A DNA stretch of 63,758 nt, filler included, from Thraustochytrium aureum (Eukaryota): assembly GCA_012862495.1 (NCBI GenBank). It is 7 parts of 6 records of this genome, joined end to end, with 100 filler letters (N's around TTAATTAATTAA, not from the genome) between each part and the next. Parts side by side here need not be neighbours in the genome. Positions count along the whole stretch, not along the records: positions 1 to 12,723 come from BLSG01000029.1; positions 12,824 to 37,328 come from BLSG01000029.1; 5 more parts are not named here. One strand, written 5' to 3'. This document shows positions 10,257 through 21,615 of the stretch, piece by piece. Within the stretch, counting starts at the first letter, position 1. Each line of letters starts with the position of its first letter. Position numbers and translations under genes: made by a program. The notes beneath the pieces are model-generated. The model was not told the origin of the DNA. It searched no databases and worked only from the letters and a program-made list of their open reading frames with translations.

Positions 10257-12723
10257 TCAACCTTGTCCGCCAGGTGATGACTCTCCCTCAGCTCGCGGCA
10301 ACTCGTGAATTACTGCGAGGGGCTCGGCGACCTCGTCCGCAAATGCGACCCTCCGCCGCTTCGGTGCCGGCGCAGTTTGCTGGTTCTCTTGGCGCCGGGA
10401 ACCGACAGCCGCAGGGCGCGACGCTTCCGTGACGCCGCCTTCTAGTGCGCCGTGGACACGACGAGCTGGCACATTCAAGCCCGCCGAGCTCGGGCCCCCA
10501 GACCAAGTCGAGCTCGAGCCCGCATAGGGCGTCAAACTCGAGCTTGATTGCCCCCGAGCGCGATGAGGCTCTGCAGGCTCGTCCTCCCCTAATATGGCCA
10601 TACGTTCAAGTATAAAGCGGAGCTTTCCCACGTCGACGGAGACGGTAACGCCGAGCTGGCTCGCCCGCTTGCCGGGCTCTCCCTNNNNNNNNNNNNNNNN
10701 NNNNNNNNNNNNNNNNNNNNNNNNNNNNNNNNNNNNNNNNNNNNNNNNNNNNNNNNNNNNNNNNNNNNNNNNNNNNNNNNNNNNNNNNNNNNNNNNNNNN
10801 NNNNNNNNNNNNNNNNNNNNNNNNNNNNNNNNNNNNNNNNNNNNNNNNNNNNNNNNNNNNNNNNNNNNNNNNNNNNNNNNNNNNNNNNNNNNNNNNNNNN
10901 NNNNNNNNNNNNNNNNNNNNNNNNNNNNNNNNNNNNNNNNNNNNNNNNNNNNNNNNNNNNNNNNNNNNNNNNNNNNNNNNNNNNNNNNNNNNNNNNNNNN
11001 NNNNNNNNNNNNNNNNNNNNNNNNNNNNNNNNNNNNNNNNNNNNNNNNNNNNNNNNNNNNNNNNNNNNNNNNNNNNNNNNNNNNNNNNNNNNNNNNNNNN
11101 NNNNNNNNNNNNNNNNNNNNNNNNNNNNNNNNNNNNNNNNNNNNNNNNNNNNNNNNNNNNNNNNNNNNNNNNNNNNNNNNNNNNNNNNNNNNNNNNNNNN
11201 NNNNNNNNNNNNNNNNNNNNNNNNNNNNNNNNNNNNNNNNNNNNNNNNNNNNNNNNNNNNNNNNNNNNNNNNNNNNNNNNNNNNNNNNNNNNNNNNNNNN
11301 NNNNNNNNNNNNNNNNNNNNNNNNNNNNNNNNNNNNNNNNNNNNNNNNNNNNNNNNNNNNNNNNNNNNNNNNNNNNNNNNNNNNNNNNNNNNNNNNNNNN
11401 NNNNNNNNNNNNNNNNNNNNNNNNNNNNNNNNNNNNNNNNNNNNNNNNNNNNNNNNNNNNNNNNNNNNNNNNNNNNNNNNNNNNNNNNNNNNNNNNNNNN
11501 NNNNNNNNNNNNNNNNNNNNNNNNNNNNNNNNNNNNNNNNNNNNNNNNNNNNNNNNNNNNNNNNNNNNNNNNNNNNNNNNNNNNNNNNNNNNNNNNNNNN
11601 NNNNNNNNNNNNNNNNNNNNNNNNNNNNNNNNNNNNNNNNNNNNNNNNNNNNNNNNNNNNNNNGGCTGAAGAGCTGCAAACTCGTCCGGGTCAAATGGCC
11701 GGGCGCAACAGAGACATTCGAATCGACCAGGGCGGGCGCAAAACTGCTCAAAGCACTGGATGCACATGAGGTGCACGCACGGCGTGACGAAGAGCATGGC
11801 AAGACGGACGTCGCACTGAGGATTCTCGCACGACGAGGGCTCGCCGCGGACCACCCGCGTGATAAACTCGTTTGCTCGGCGCAGCTCGGACTGCGTGGCG
11901 CCGTGCTCTTCCTTCAGCAGGTACCGAGTCTCGATCCAGTTTTTGTCCGAGATGGTGGCTCGCATGCGGCCGCCGCCCGAGCAGCAGAGGCGGATGTTGC
12001 GCATCACTTCCAGCGCGAGCTTGTTGTTGGCCGAGTTGAGGAGCGAAGTCTCGAATCCGAGGTTGCCCAGGGCTGTCAAGACAATGTTGCTGCGCGCGTA
12101 CGACACGATAGAGTTGTAGCTAGACCGTTCCGTGCTCGTCATCCTCAGCGGGACCTTGCGCAGCTCGAGCGGCGGCAGCTCTGCAACGTCGATCTTGGTG
12201 TGGCGTATCATCGCTCGCGCAAGGAGGCACACAAGCTGGAGAATGCCGGCGGGGTGGCGCCGCTCCAACGGGCGCGCAACGAGCGCGTTCCAGAAGTCGG
12301 TGCCGCCCGCCTGTGGCACCCCGAACGGTGCGTATCGCAGAAAGCGAACGAGGCCAAGGATCGAGCGCAAGCCGGCCCGAAGCGACGTCTCTTTCGCCGG
12401 CGTTCCGGTCATGACCCAGCGGCTGCAAGCTGAGACCTTCATGAGGAACGAGCCATAGAGAGTCTGCGAGCACGACCCAAGCGCGTGGCCCTCGTCGACA
12501 ATAATTCGCTGCCACCGCACGCGTCTTAGAGGGGACCGGTGCCCAGCTGTTCGCTCTTCGCTCGTGAGCCGTGCTGTCGTCGTGAACACAGCGAGGTGCT
12601 TTGCGAGAGTGGTGGCCGGCAGCAGCTTGCCCTTGCCGTCGTCAAAGTGGAAAAGGTGGCTCCCCGACAGGAATGCAGTGTCTACATGCGCATGCACCTG
12701 GTGCCGCCAATGGGGCATGAGGG
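10257..12723 (-). CDS. SNF2-family ATPase with RING finger (RAD5/RAD16-like), partial, spanning an N gap
   Basis: RWQRIIVDEGH (motif II), RWVMTGTP (motif III), MIRHTK and a RING (CENPQC..TPCVHLMCIQC..CLCC). The 5' end is cut by the scaffold end. Assigning 10257-10684 as the C-terminus is inferred. Confidence 0.85.
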
Positions 12724-12823
12724 NNNNNNNNNNNNNNNNNNNNNNNNNNNNNNNNNNNNNNNNNNNNTTAATTAATTAANNNNNNNNNNNNNNNNNNNNN
12801 NNNNNNNNNNNNNNNNNNNNNNN
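12724..12823. other. Artificial scaffold linker (44 N + TTAATTAATTAA + 44 N)
   Basis: Identical 100-bp construct with stops in all six frames, repeated six times in the window. Confidence 0.97.
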
Positions 12824-13016
12824 GGCGACCCCCTTCATTTGCCGGGACGCGTACGAATTATTGTTGTGCTGCCGATCGATTTTTCTTCTTCTTCCAGGTC
12901 TTTCGCCCTCTGCAGTTCTCTACGGGACGTCCTGCTTGCCTCGCTCGCCGCAGCACCAGACTCGCTCCCGAGGAGAAAAACAAGGGGAAAGGAACGGCAT
13001 GATGGCGCTCGACCAG

Positions 13017-13763
13017 CTAACGTCCCTCAAACGACGGCTGGCGGCCCTGCTCGAATGCCTCCAAGGCCTCAGCAAAATCGCGCGTTTCGTTGAGAGGGAA
13101 GCGAAGCTTGTTCGAGAGCGCGACGTGGCCGGCAAAGTCGAGATCCAACCCTTCGTCGATCACGGTCCGAGCCCCCTTGACGCCAAGCGGGCCATTTTGC
13201 GCAATTTTCGAGGCCAGCTCGACGGCGACGTCCACCGTGGCGGCGGCAGTCTCTGCCACTCTGCTGGCAACGCCAAGTCGGTACGCCTCTGACCCAGAGA
13301 AGCGGCGGCTCGTGAGGATGAGGTCCTTGGCGACCGCGGGCCCACGAGGCGCGGCAGGAGCACAGTTCCCATCGCCCCCGGGAAAATACCCAGCGAGGTC
13401 TCTGGGAAACACAAGACCGCCTCGGCGCTGACAACGCGCAGATCGCACGCCAGAGCCAGCTCGAGGCCCCACCCGAAGGCAAACCCGTTGATCGCCGCGA
13501 CCGTCGGCAGCCGGCTAGCGCGAAGCGCAAGGACCGTGTCGCGCGCGAGGCCCATGTACGCGTCCTTTTCCTCCTGCGAGTGCATTTTGCTGTCCTTCAG
13601 GTCTCGCCCTGTCGAGAAAGCCTTGCCGCCCGCCCCGGTCACCGCCAACTCGCGCGCGCCTTGGCCGGCAGGGCCTGCTCAAGCTGCAGGATCCGCTCCC
13701 CCATTGCAAAGCTCAGCGCGTTCATCCGCCGGGGCCTGTTGAGTTTCACCATCGCGACGAGCC
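13017..13763 (-). CDS. Enoyl-CoA hydratase/isomerase (crotonase; methylglutaconyl-CoA hydratase-like), 5' partial and frameshifted
   Basis: [39 protein letters not shown] and [10 protein letters not shown] lie in one frame. The protein continues as [22 protein letters not shown]...GPLGVKGAR...[17 protein letters not shown] in another frame. One C is missing near 13340. Confidence 0.9.
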
Positions 13764-14423
13764 NNNNNNNNNNNNNNNNNNNNNNNNNNNNNNNNNNNNN
13801 NNNNNNNNNNNNNNNNNNNNNNNNNNNNNNNNNNNNNNNNNNNNNNNNNNNNNNNNNNNNNNNNNNNNNNNNNNNNNNNNNNNNNNNNNNNNNNNNNNNN
13901 NNNNNNNNNNNNNNNNNNNNNNNNNNNNNNNNNNNNNNNNNNNNNNNNNNNNNNNNNNNNNNNNNNNNNNNNNNNNNNNNNNNNNNNNNNNNNNNNNNNN
14001 NNNNNNNNNNNNNNNNNNNNNNNNNNNNNNNNNNNNNNNNNNNNNNNNNNNNNNNNNNNNNNNNNNNNNNNNNNNNNNNNNNNNNNNNNNNNNNNNNNNN
14101 NNNNNNNNNNNNNNNNNNNNNNNNNNNNNNNNNNNNNNNNNNNNNNNNNNNNNNNNNNNNNNNNNNNNNNNNNNNNNNNNNNNNNNNNNNNNNNNNNNNN
14201 NNNNNNNNNNNNNNNNNNNNNNNNNNNNNNNNNNNNNNNNNNNNNNNNNNNNNNNNNNNNNNNNNNNNNNNNNNNNNNNNNNNNNNNNNNNNNNNNNNNN
14301 NNGCGTGTGCGAACCAGCGAGCGAGCGCGTTGGTGCGCGTTTGGCTTTGGCTTTGGTCTCCGTTTGGCTATTGCTCTCGGCTTTGCGGCCTTGCGGCCTT
14401 GCGGCTCTGCGGGCTTGGGGCGG

Positions 14424-15844
14424 ATGATTTCGACGGAGTCGACCATGCCAACCAGCCTGCACGCGAGCTTGAACAACTCCGTGCAAGGCGAGCGGGCCGA
14501 CGAGGTGGCTCAGCAAGAGCAGCAGAGGAAACTGGAGGAGGAGGAGGTCAGCGCGGCGGATGGGGCGGCGCCGATGTCGGTGGGAACGCGCAGCGAGGAC
14601 GAGGCCAGCGACGGGCCCCGACGCGGCCTGACGGCAAAGCCGGACGACGCGGCGGATGACGAGCCGACGGAAGCGGTCGAGCAAGATAAGCCTGCTGGTC
14701 TCGTGGACGTGGTGGTTGATCCCGCGGACGGCGACGAGAATTGCGAAGCGGAAGCTGCTGCTGACGTGAACGTTGCGGTCGAGGAGGGCGAGGACGGAGA
14801 GACGGCGCCCGCAGATGGCCGGAAGGGCAAAGGCCAGCGAGCGGAAGCCAGCGATTCCGCTTCCTCGAAATCGCGGTCGAAACGGCTCAGCGCGGTGAGC
14901 CAACGCAGCGACGATGCGAACGCGCGAGGCTCCAGCAGCGCCACGAAAGGCTCCAAGGGGAAAGGCAACAGCAAGAGGCTCGCGCTAGTGGCCGTGATGG
15001 AGGGCGGGTCTGCGCCGCGCAACGTCAAGGACTGGGCCGCGTTCGTAGCGCGGTGCGAGGAGGTCCTCGCCGCAGACGACGAGCTCCTCGTCAAGGCGCG
15101 GAGCAAACTGCGCAAACGCGAGGCCTCGCACAAGGACCCGATCGCGAAGGAGCTGAGCGAGGGGGGCGACGCGCTGACACTACGCCAGCTTTGCAAGTGG
15201 AGCGGCGAGCTGTTGGCGAGATTGGCGCCGATGACCGGCTGGTCCGCGACATCCGCGCCCGAATCAAGGCCCGAGAAGCCTCGCACAAAACGGAACTCGT
15301 GGCCCGGTATACAAAGCTGATGAAGGGCAAGCTCAAAGACATGAGCGTGCGGTCTCTGAACGAGTTTGCCCGCGCCTGCGAGGCCGAGCTGGACCCCGAC
15401 GACCCGCTCGTGGCCCAGTCGCGGTCCGCCGTGGAGGCTCGCGTGCTCGACAAGGGCGATCCGGCAAAAGCCAAAAAGGTTGGGCGGAGCAAAAAGGACG
15501 CCGACGCTGCAGCGCAAAGCGCGTCGTCGAGGAAGGACAAACCGGCCAAGAGCGCGACTGGCGACGTGATCCTCAAGATTCCCGGAATGGGAGGCCGCGA
15601 CGGCGACCTGGCCGAGAAGGGCAGCTTGACGTCTGTGTTCGGAGCGGTGGCGCACGAGTTTGGCGGCCAAGAGGACTCGATGGTGTACAAGGCGTTCTTT
15701 CTGTTTTCGTTCATGCTGTTCGCGTACATTTTGCTGGCCTACTTGCAGTTGGTACTGAAGATTGCGCCGCCAAAGCTCTTTGACGATGCTGGATCCAGCG
15801 CCGCGTCGGCGGCAGCGTCGGCCGTTGTGGCAGACTCGGGGTGA
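14424..15844 (+). CDS. Hypothetical protein with a C-terminal TM helix and three internal ~50-aa helical repeats; frameshift near 15215
   Basis: Two overlapping ORFs share repeat units (ADDELLV..REASHK, ADDRLV..REASHK, PDDPLV). The N-terminus is acidic and disordered; a TM helix (AFFLFSFMLFAYILLAYL) lies near the C-terminus. Confidence 0.6.
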
Positions 15845-16288
15845 AAACGAACTTTTTTGTACCTATCTTGGTTTTGGGCGAAGGCTGCTCTCTCTCTAGC
15901 TAGAGCTGGAGGCGTTGGGCCCGTGCGGCAGGAACCGCAGCACCCCGCGAGTGCGAGAACGGCGTTGTCTTCTGCAGAGTACCTACTGCCCGCCCGCGTG
16001 CGCCCAGAAAGGCGCCTCTCGCGTTGTTTCGGCGGCAAAAAGCAGTCGCGGCCGCCGTTGCGACGCGTGCGAGCCACTGTTGCTGCCAACGAAGGCTGCC
16101 GTGCTCGAGCTGGAGAGGTGGAATGATGGCTGGAGAAGTGAAATGAAGAATGAAATTTATGATTTTGTAGGGCTCCAAGTGAGCTCGCGTGTACAGAACG
16201 AGCGGCGTGCAGCTGGTCTGGCAATACAGTGCCTCAGGGCAAGCGCCACAAAAGCAAGAGCCCCCAGCTCGCTCCTCAGCACATGTGC

Positions 16289-17425
16289 TCAGACATTGAC
16301 GCCAATCTTCTTGAGGTCTGCAGGTCCCCAGATTACGATGCGGCCGTCGAGCCCCGACGTGGAAAATGAGGAAAACTTGGACGAAGACAAGACGTCAGCG
16401 TATAGCTTCATGTCGGTGATCGAGTTGTGGTGGCGCGTCCAGAGCTCCTCTGCCGCGCCGTCCGTGTCGGTCCCGCGAGTCGTCTTGTTGGCCCAAATGT
16501 TGCGCGCAGCGGAGAAGTTGGATGCCGCCTTCTTGGCCGGGGACCCGGCCCCAGAACTCTTCTGCTCCAGAAATCCTACAAGCGACCACTGGCCGCCGTT
16601 CTCCTGGAAGACCATGGGGTTAAACGCGTGGCCGCCGGCAACCACGGTCGAATCAGACAGGAAGAGGAGCTTTTGGTTGGGAAGGTCCATGAACTTGACC
16701 ACCGTGCAGACGGGCGAGCCGGCCTTGAAGTCGATAAAACTAATCGAGGAATCGTGGCCGACAAAGGCGAGGCGCTCTCCAGACGGCGACCAAGCCACGT
16801 CCTCGACCCAGGCGTTGGAGGCGTCAAAGTCGGCCAGCAGATCACCGAACGGCTTTTTGGACGTGTCGCCAAGGATGGAGTTGGTGGGGCGATCGATGTC
16901 GGAGATAAAGGCCGAGAAGACGCGGCAGCGGAAGTCGGTGCTACCAGTGGCGAGGAGCTGGCTGTTCGGGTGCCAGGCCACGCTGGTGACGGTCGACTTG
17001 TGCTTCTTGATCATCTTGCTGATCCACCAGTCGTTGTGCTTTTCGTAGTGGCAGACCGGCACCACCTTGGCTCCGCTCGCCACCGCGAACTTTTGGCCGT
17101 CGGGGCTCCACTTGACGTCCAGGGCGGCGCGGTTGATGCGGAGGATCGACAGACTGGGCTTCCATTCGCCGTCCGCGAACGTCCACACGAAGGCGTTTCT
17201 GTCGTGCGAGCACGTCACAATCTTGTTGTGAACGGGCGACCAGTCGATCGCGGTGACGACGAGGTCATGGCCCTTGAGAGTGTGCTCGTGGATCCAGTCC
17301 GCAACGTTCGGTTTATCGGCGTTCTTGTAAATCAGCACGAGCTCGGTGTTATCGCAGATCGCGATGCGTTTGCGGTCAGGGCTCCACGCATGGCAGGTCA
17401 CGCCTTCGGCGATCTTGAACACCAT
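16289..17425 (-). CDS. ARPC1: Arp2/3 complex subunit 1 (p41-Arc, WD40)
   Basis: Signature motifs IVTCSHDRNAFVW, WKPSLSILRINRAA, FAVASGAKVVPVCHYEKHNDWWISKMIKK, HNSIT and FSTSGLDGRIVIW; complete intronless ORF. Confidence 0.97.
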   Translation of the reverse strand: MVFKIAEGVTCHAWSPDRKRIAICDNTELVLIYKNADKPNVADWIHEHTLKGHDLVVTAIDWSPVHNKIVTCSHDRNAFVWTFADGEWKPSLSILRINRAALDVKWSPDGQKFAVASGAKVVPVCHYEKHNDWWISKMIKKHKSTVTSVAWHPNSQLLATGSTDFRCRVFSAFISDIDRPTNSILGDTSKKPFGDLLADFDASNAWVEDVAWSPSGERLAFVGHDSSISFIDFKAGSPVCTVVKFMDLPNQKLLFLSDSTVVAGGHAFNPMVFQENGGQWSLVGFLEQKSSGAGSPAKKAASNFSAARNIWANKTTRGTDTDGAAEELWTRHHNSITDMKLYADVLSSSKFSSFSTSGLDGRIVIWGPADLKKIGVNV

Positions 17426-18100
17426 TTTGCACAGTCAACCTTTGCCCACCGTTCCTCCGCACAGTCCTGCGCGCCGCCACCCGCTTTCCCGCCGCAGTCG
17501 CCGCGTTCGCGTCACCCACCCACCGGCGAGGCCTGCGCTCTCCGNNNNNNNNNNNNNNNNNNNNNNNNNNNNNNNNNNNNNNNNNNNNNNNNNNNNNNNN
17601 NNNNNNNNNNNNNNNNNNNNNNNNNNNNNNNNNNNNNNNNNNNNNNNNNNNNNNNNNNNNNNNNNNNNNNNNNNNNNNNNNNNNNNNNNNNNNNNNNNNN
17701 NNNNNNNNNNNNNNNNNNNNNNNNNNNNNNNNNNNNNNNNNNNNNNNNNNNNNNNNNNNNNNNNNNNNNNNNNNNNNNNNNNNNNNNNNNNNNNNNNNNN
17801 NNNNNNNNNNNNNNNNNNNNNNNNNNNNNNNNNNNNNNNNNNNNNNNNNNNNNNNNNNNNNNNNNNNNNNNNNNNNNNNNNNNNNNNNNNNNNNNNNNNN
17901 NNNNNNNNNNNNNNNNNNNNNNNNNNNNNNNNNNNNNNNNNNNNNNNNNNNNNNNNNNNNNNNNNNNNNNNNNNNNNNNNNNNNNNNNNNNNNNNNNNNN
18001 NNNNNNNNNNNNNNNNNNNNNNNNNNNNNNNNNNNNNNNNNNNNNNNNNNNNNNNNNNNNNNNNNNNNNNNNNNNNNNNNTCTCTCTCTCTTGGCGCCCT

Positions 18101-18358
18101 GGACCTCGAGCAGTAGCGCGGGACCTCGAGCAGTAGCGCGGGACCTCGAGCAGCGCGGGGGCCACGAGCAGGGCGAGCAGGGCCTCTGCGAACACGACCG
18201 CCGCTAGTACCGCGACCACCACTGCGGCCGCGAATTGACCACGACCACCACCGCGAACTGCCCACGAACAAACACAGCGAATTGACCACGAACGCCGCCG
18301 CGAGTTGACCACCACCGCGACCACAACCACCGCGACCACCGCGACCGCGACAACGACC
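18101..18358. repeat. 20-bp tandem repeat (GGACCTCGAGCAGTAGCGCG x~3) followed by degenerate GACCACCACCGC repeats
   Basis: Direct copies at 18101, 18121 and 18141; an ACC/GCG-rich degenerate array runs to about 18358, next to an assembly gap. Confidence 0.8.
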
Positions 18359-18730
18359 TAGGTCAAGACCACGTCTGCTGGCGCCAGTACCGCGAGCAGC
18401 TGTTGCAGGCGATCGAAGCACCTGGAACAGCACCAGCAGGAAAAGGAGGTGCAGTTCGACCTGCACGACCTGCAGCACCAGCAGGGCAAAGGCCGGCGAG
18501 TGCACAGGCCGTAGGTCGCCCGAGAGCGGTTTTGAACCCCAACAGGACCTGGAGCGCCAGCGCACGTCGCGGCAACACACGCTTCCAGAAGGAGCAGGAG
18601 AACAAACCCACCCAGCGCTGACCTCAAAGACACGGGCTAGGACACGAGCGAGAGAACGCCCTGGTGCGGGCCGTAGCCGGGCCGGCGATCTAGTCTGCGC
18701 CATTTGCATTCTTGGCGCGACCGGCGAAAA

Positions 18731-21453
18731 ATGATGGAAGGCCACCGGACCAAGGAAAACATGATGCTCGACGGGAGGGTCGAGGATGACTCGAGCAAGG
18801 TACGGGCCCTGCAGGCGATGCATGCGCAAAAGACGCGCGCTCTGATGAAGTCGATCGACGGGCTGCGAAAGCAAGTCGAGACGCTCAAGGCCCAAGGCAA
18901 AGAGTCGAGGCGGACAGCCATGATCCAGACGCTTCGAAATGAGAAACGTGACCAAGAGCTAATCGTCGACGTACTCAAAGGGGAGCTTGCTCGGGCAGCC
19001 GACATGGAGGCTTCGCAGGTGGACGACCTCATCATCAAGAAAACGCTCGGCGGCCCCAAGCGATTCAGGCCCAAGACCCGCGAGGAGCTTGCCACGGAGA
19101 TCCGGCGCCTCAAGGCACAGCTTGCGCGCGCGCTGCGCGGTCATGCATCGATGGGGACGACCTCGCTTGCCCCTGCCGCCTCCTCCAACAGAGACCATTC
19201 CTCGTTCTCGTCAGAGCCTGCCTTTGAGCAGAGTGAATCGACGCGCCGACTTGAGAGCCCGGAAGCCGCTGACGAGCCTCAATGCGATGCCGTCGCCGGG
19301 ACTGGAGACGCAGAGCGCGTTGGCGAGCTGGTCCGCATCGTCGAGCAGCTCAAGATCGACTTGGTGGCGCGAGAGCGCTCCTCAAAGGCGTACGTGGAGA
19401 CCATTGACAAGCTCCGAATCGATGCCCAGGACCAAGCGCACATCCGGGAGAAGCTCGAGCGAATGACAGACAAGTGCGCACGTCTCAAACAGGCCGCCCG
19501 AAAGGCACAGACGGAGAATGTCAAGCAGGCGCAGCTCTTTGAGCAGCTGCAAGACGAGTACCGGCGACTCGAGGCCGAGCACGCCGCCGCGCGAAGCGAA
19601 GTCGCGCGCACAAGCGCCGGTTCGCGTGCCGCAAACGACGGTGTCGCTCAGGAACGCATCCAAATGCTCGAAACGATCAACGAGCTCAAAAGCCGCGAAG
19701 TCGCACTGCTCGACGATGTAGACTCCCTTCGCATGCAAGTTGCCGAGCTCAAGCAGCGCGTCTACTCGCGAAAGCAGAGCGGGTCGAACGGGGCCGGCCC
19801 GAGCCGGAGCAGCAGCGCCGCGACACTTCCAGGAGAGCAGGCGCCCACCGGAAGTCTCGGGGACCCGGCTGCAACAGCGCGAGTCGTTGAGCTGCAGGAG
19901 GCAAAGGCTCGCCTCGAACGCGAGGTGGCGCAGCTGTCTGGCCGCCTCCAGTCTATCGAAGAGACGCGTGAATCCGATCGCGACCGACTAGAGCGCAAAG
20001 CCACCGAGGCCGCCGAGCGAGCCGCGTCTCTAGCTGTGCGCCTTGAGGCCGCGCTGGCTGAGGCGGCCAGCGCAAGAACGACTGAGCGCCAAGTGTCCAA
20101 ACAGCTCGAGCGGGCCAAGGTCGCGCTCGATGACGCGCAGATGCGCGTTGCTCAGCTTGAGGATGCGGCAGAATCGGCGCGGAACGACTTTACACACTTC
20201 GGCGCCGGCGACCAGGCCCTCGCGCCAGACTCGGAGACAGAGGAGAAAATGGACGAGATCCCAGCAAACCCTCGCGCGATGATGGTCGACACGTGCGTCA
20301 GCCCAATGACTGCTCAGGAGCCCAGCCCCTCGGCCCGCCAAACCATCCCTCGCCTGTCAACTGTCGACCAAGGCAACTCGCCCGGGGTGGGCGAGGACGA
20401 GATCGCTCATTCGGCAGACCCTTTTGAGTCGCCTGGACAGGAGGGGGACGAGGGCTTCTATGTCGGGGAGGACAGCAGTGAAGAGGACGAAAGTGGGTAT
20501 GTCTTCCAGAGTTTGCGCTCCCGCAGAAACAAAGGGCCGCAGCCAAGCAAGCAAAGAAACTCGCTCGCGAAGTTGCACAAAATTCCAAGGACAGCTTTGA
20601 CGACGACGAGTCGGTTACCGTGGGCATTGACGCCCTGCAGGCCCACCTGGAGAATTGGCAGGAGCACCTGGAGAGCTGGCAAAAGAAACTGGAGGCCAGC
20701 CAGAAGCTCGCGATGGTGAAGGAGGACGAGATGCGAGACAAGATGGGCGAAGCGCTGGCCCAGGTCAGGGATACCGAGCTTCGCGCGCAGGATCTGGAAA
20801 AATCTGAGCGACGCATGCGCCGCAAGGCCCGCAAACTGCAGGTATCCCTCGACACGCTCCAGGACGAGTACTCCGCCAAGCTATCCGCGCTCCTCCGCAG
20901 TCGTGATATCTCTCCGAGTGAAGTCGAGCGGGAGTTGTACAAGATTAGCTTTGAGCAGGGCCAGCGAGCGAAGCGCGCAGAGGCCACGCATGAGCGCGAT
21001 CAAGGATTGATACGTTCCCTCCGCGTCGTCCTTGAGCGGGTGCGCCAACACACACTTTTTGTTGGAGGATCGCTTGGGTCAGCTTGGTGTGCCGCTTCCG
21101 GGTTTGCGTGCGGGCGGCTTTCTAGCGCTTGGGCTCGGCCCACAGTCTTCCCCGGCGCCACCCTCGGCGAGGTGCTCAGCACGGGTCTCCTCCTCTTCAT
21201 CCTCCTCCTCATCATCATCATCGTCGTCGTCGTCAGCGGCGTCCTCGTCGCCCTCCTCGGCAACGAGCAAGCCGTCGACGTCGCGATCCCGCCTTGGCAA
21301 TTCAGGCGCGCACGGCGCGGCAAGGATACCCACGTCGCAGTAGAAAGGCGAGTTCCTATGAGAGCACGGCGCCGCGCCAGACGAAGCAGCAGCGATTGGC
21401 GCAACCCCGAGGCCGGAGTGACTCGGAAGCCAGCGAAGACGACTTTTGATTGA
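18731..21453 (+). CDS. Long coiled-coil protein of unknown function, frameshifted near 20520 and possibly near 21050
   Basis: Heptad-rich E/Q/R/K/L/A sequence in ORFs 18704-20719 and 20620-21453, with the conserved-looking motif LGGPKRFRPKTREEL. The true C-terminus may be the Ser-rich frame ending at 21343. Confidence 0.7.
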
Positions 21454-21615
21454 TCAAGACATGATGCACGATTTGGTTGCAGGGGGGCCCTGCTCTGTTC
21501 AATTGTAGCTAAGTACTTAGCCAGCAAAAAAGACAATCAGCAACGCCTGGTGTGGCGCTGGCGTGGAGCCTCCATCATCGCTTACTACTTTCCTTTCGCA
21601 AAATCATCTCAACTG

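Noticed and set aside
12768..12779. Recurrent TTAATTAATTAA as a biological repeat or piggyBac-type TTAA site
   Set aside because: It is always centred in exactly 44+44 N and gives stops in all six frames, so it is an artificial concatenation linker.
13017..13763. Crotonase and other frameshifted genes as pseudogenes
   Set aside because: Motifs are intact and each break is a single base in a short run, a pattern shared across the window that is more consistent with sequencing error.
18101..18358. CRISPR-like or structured-RNA repeat array
   Set aside because: Head-to-tail and degenerate low-complexity repeats without regular spacers.
21079..21333. Acidic antisense peptide, or a TM helix, from the (TCC/TCA/TCG)n tract
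   Set aside because: A trinucleotide low-complexity tract, best explained as poly-Ser in the coiled-coil gene's C-terminal frame.
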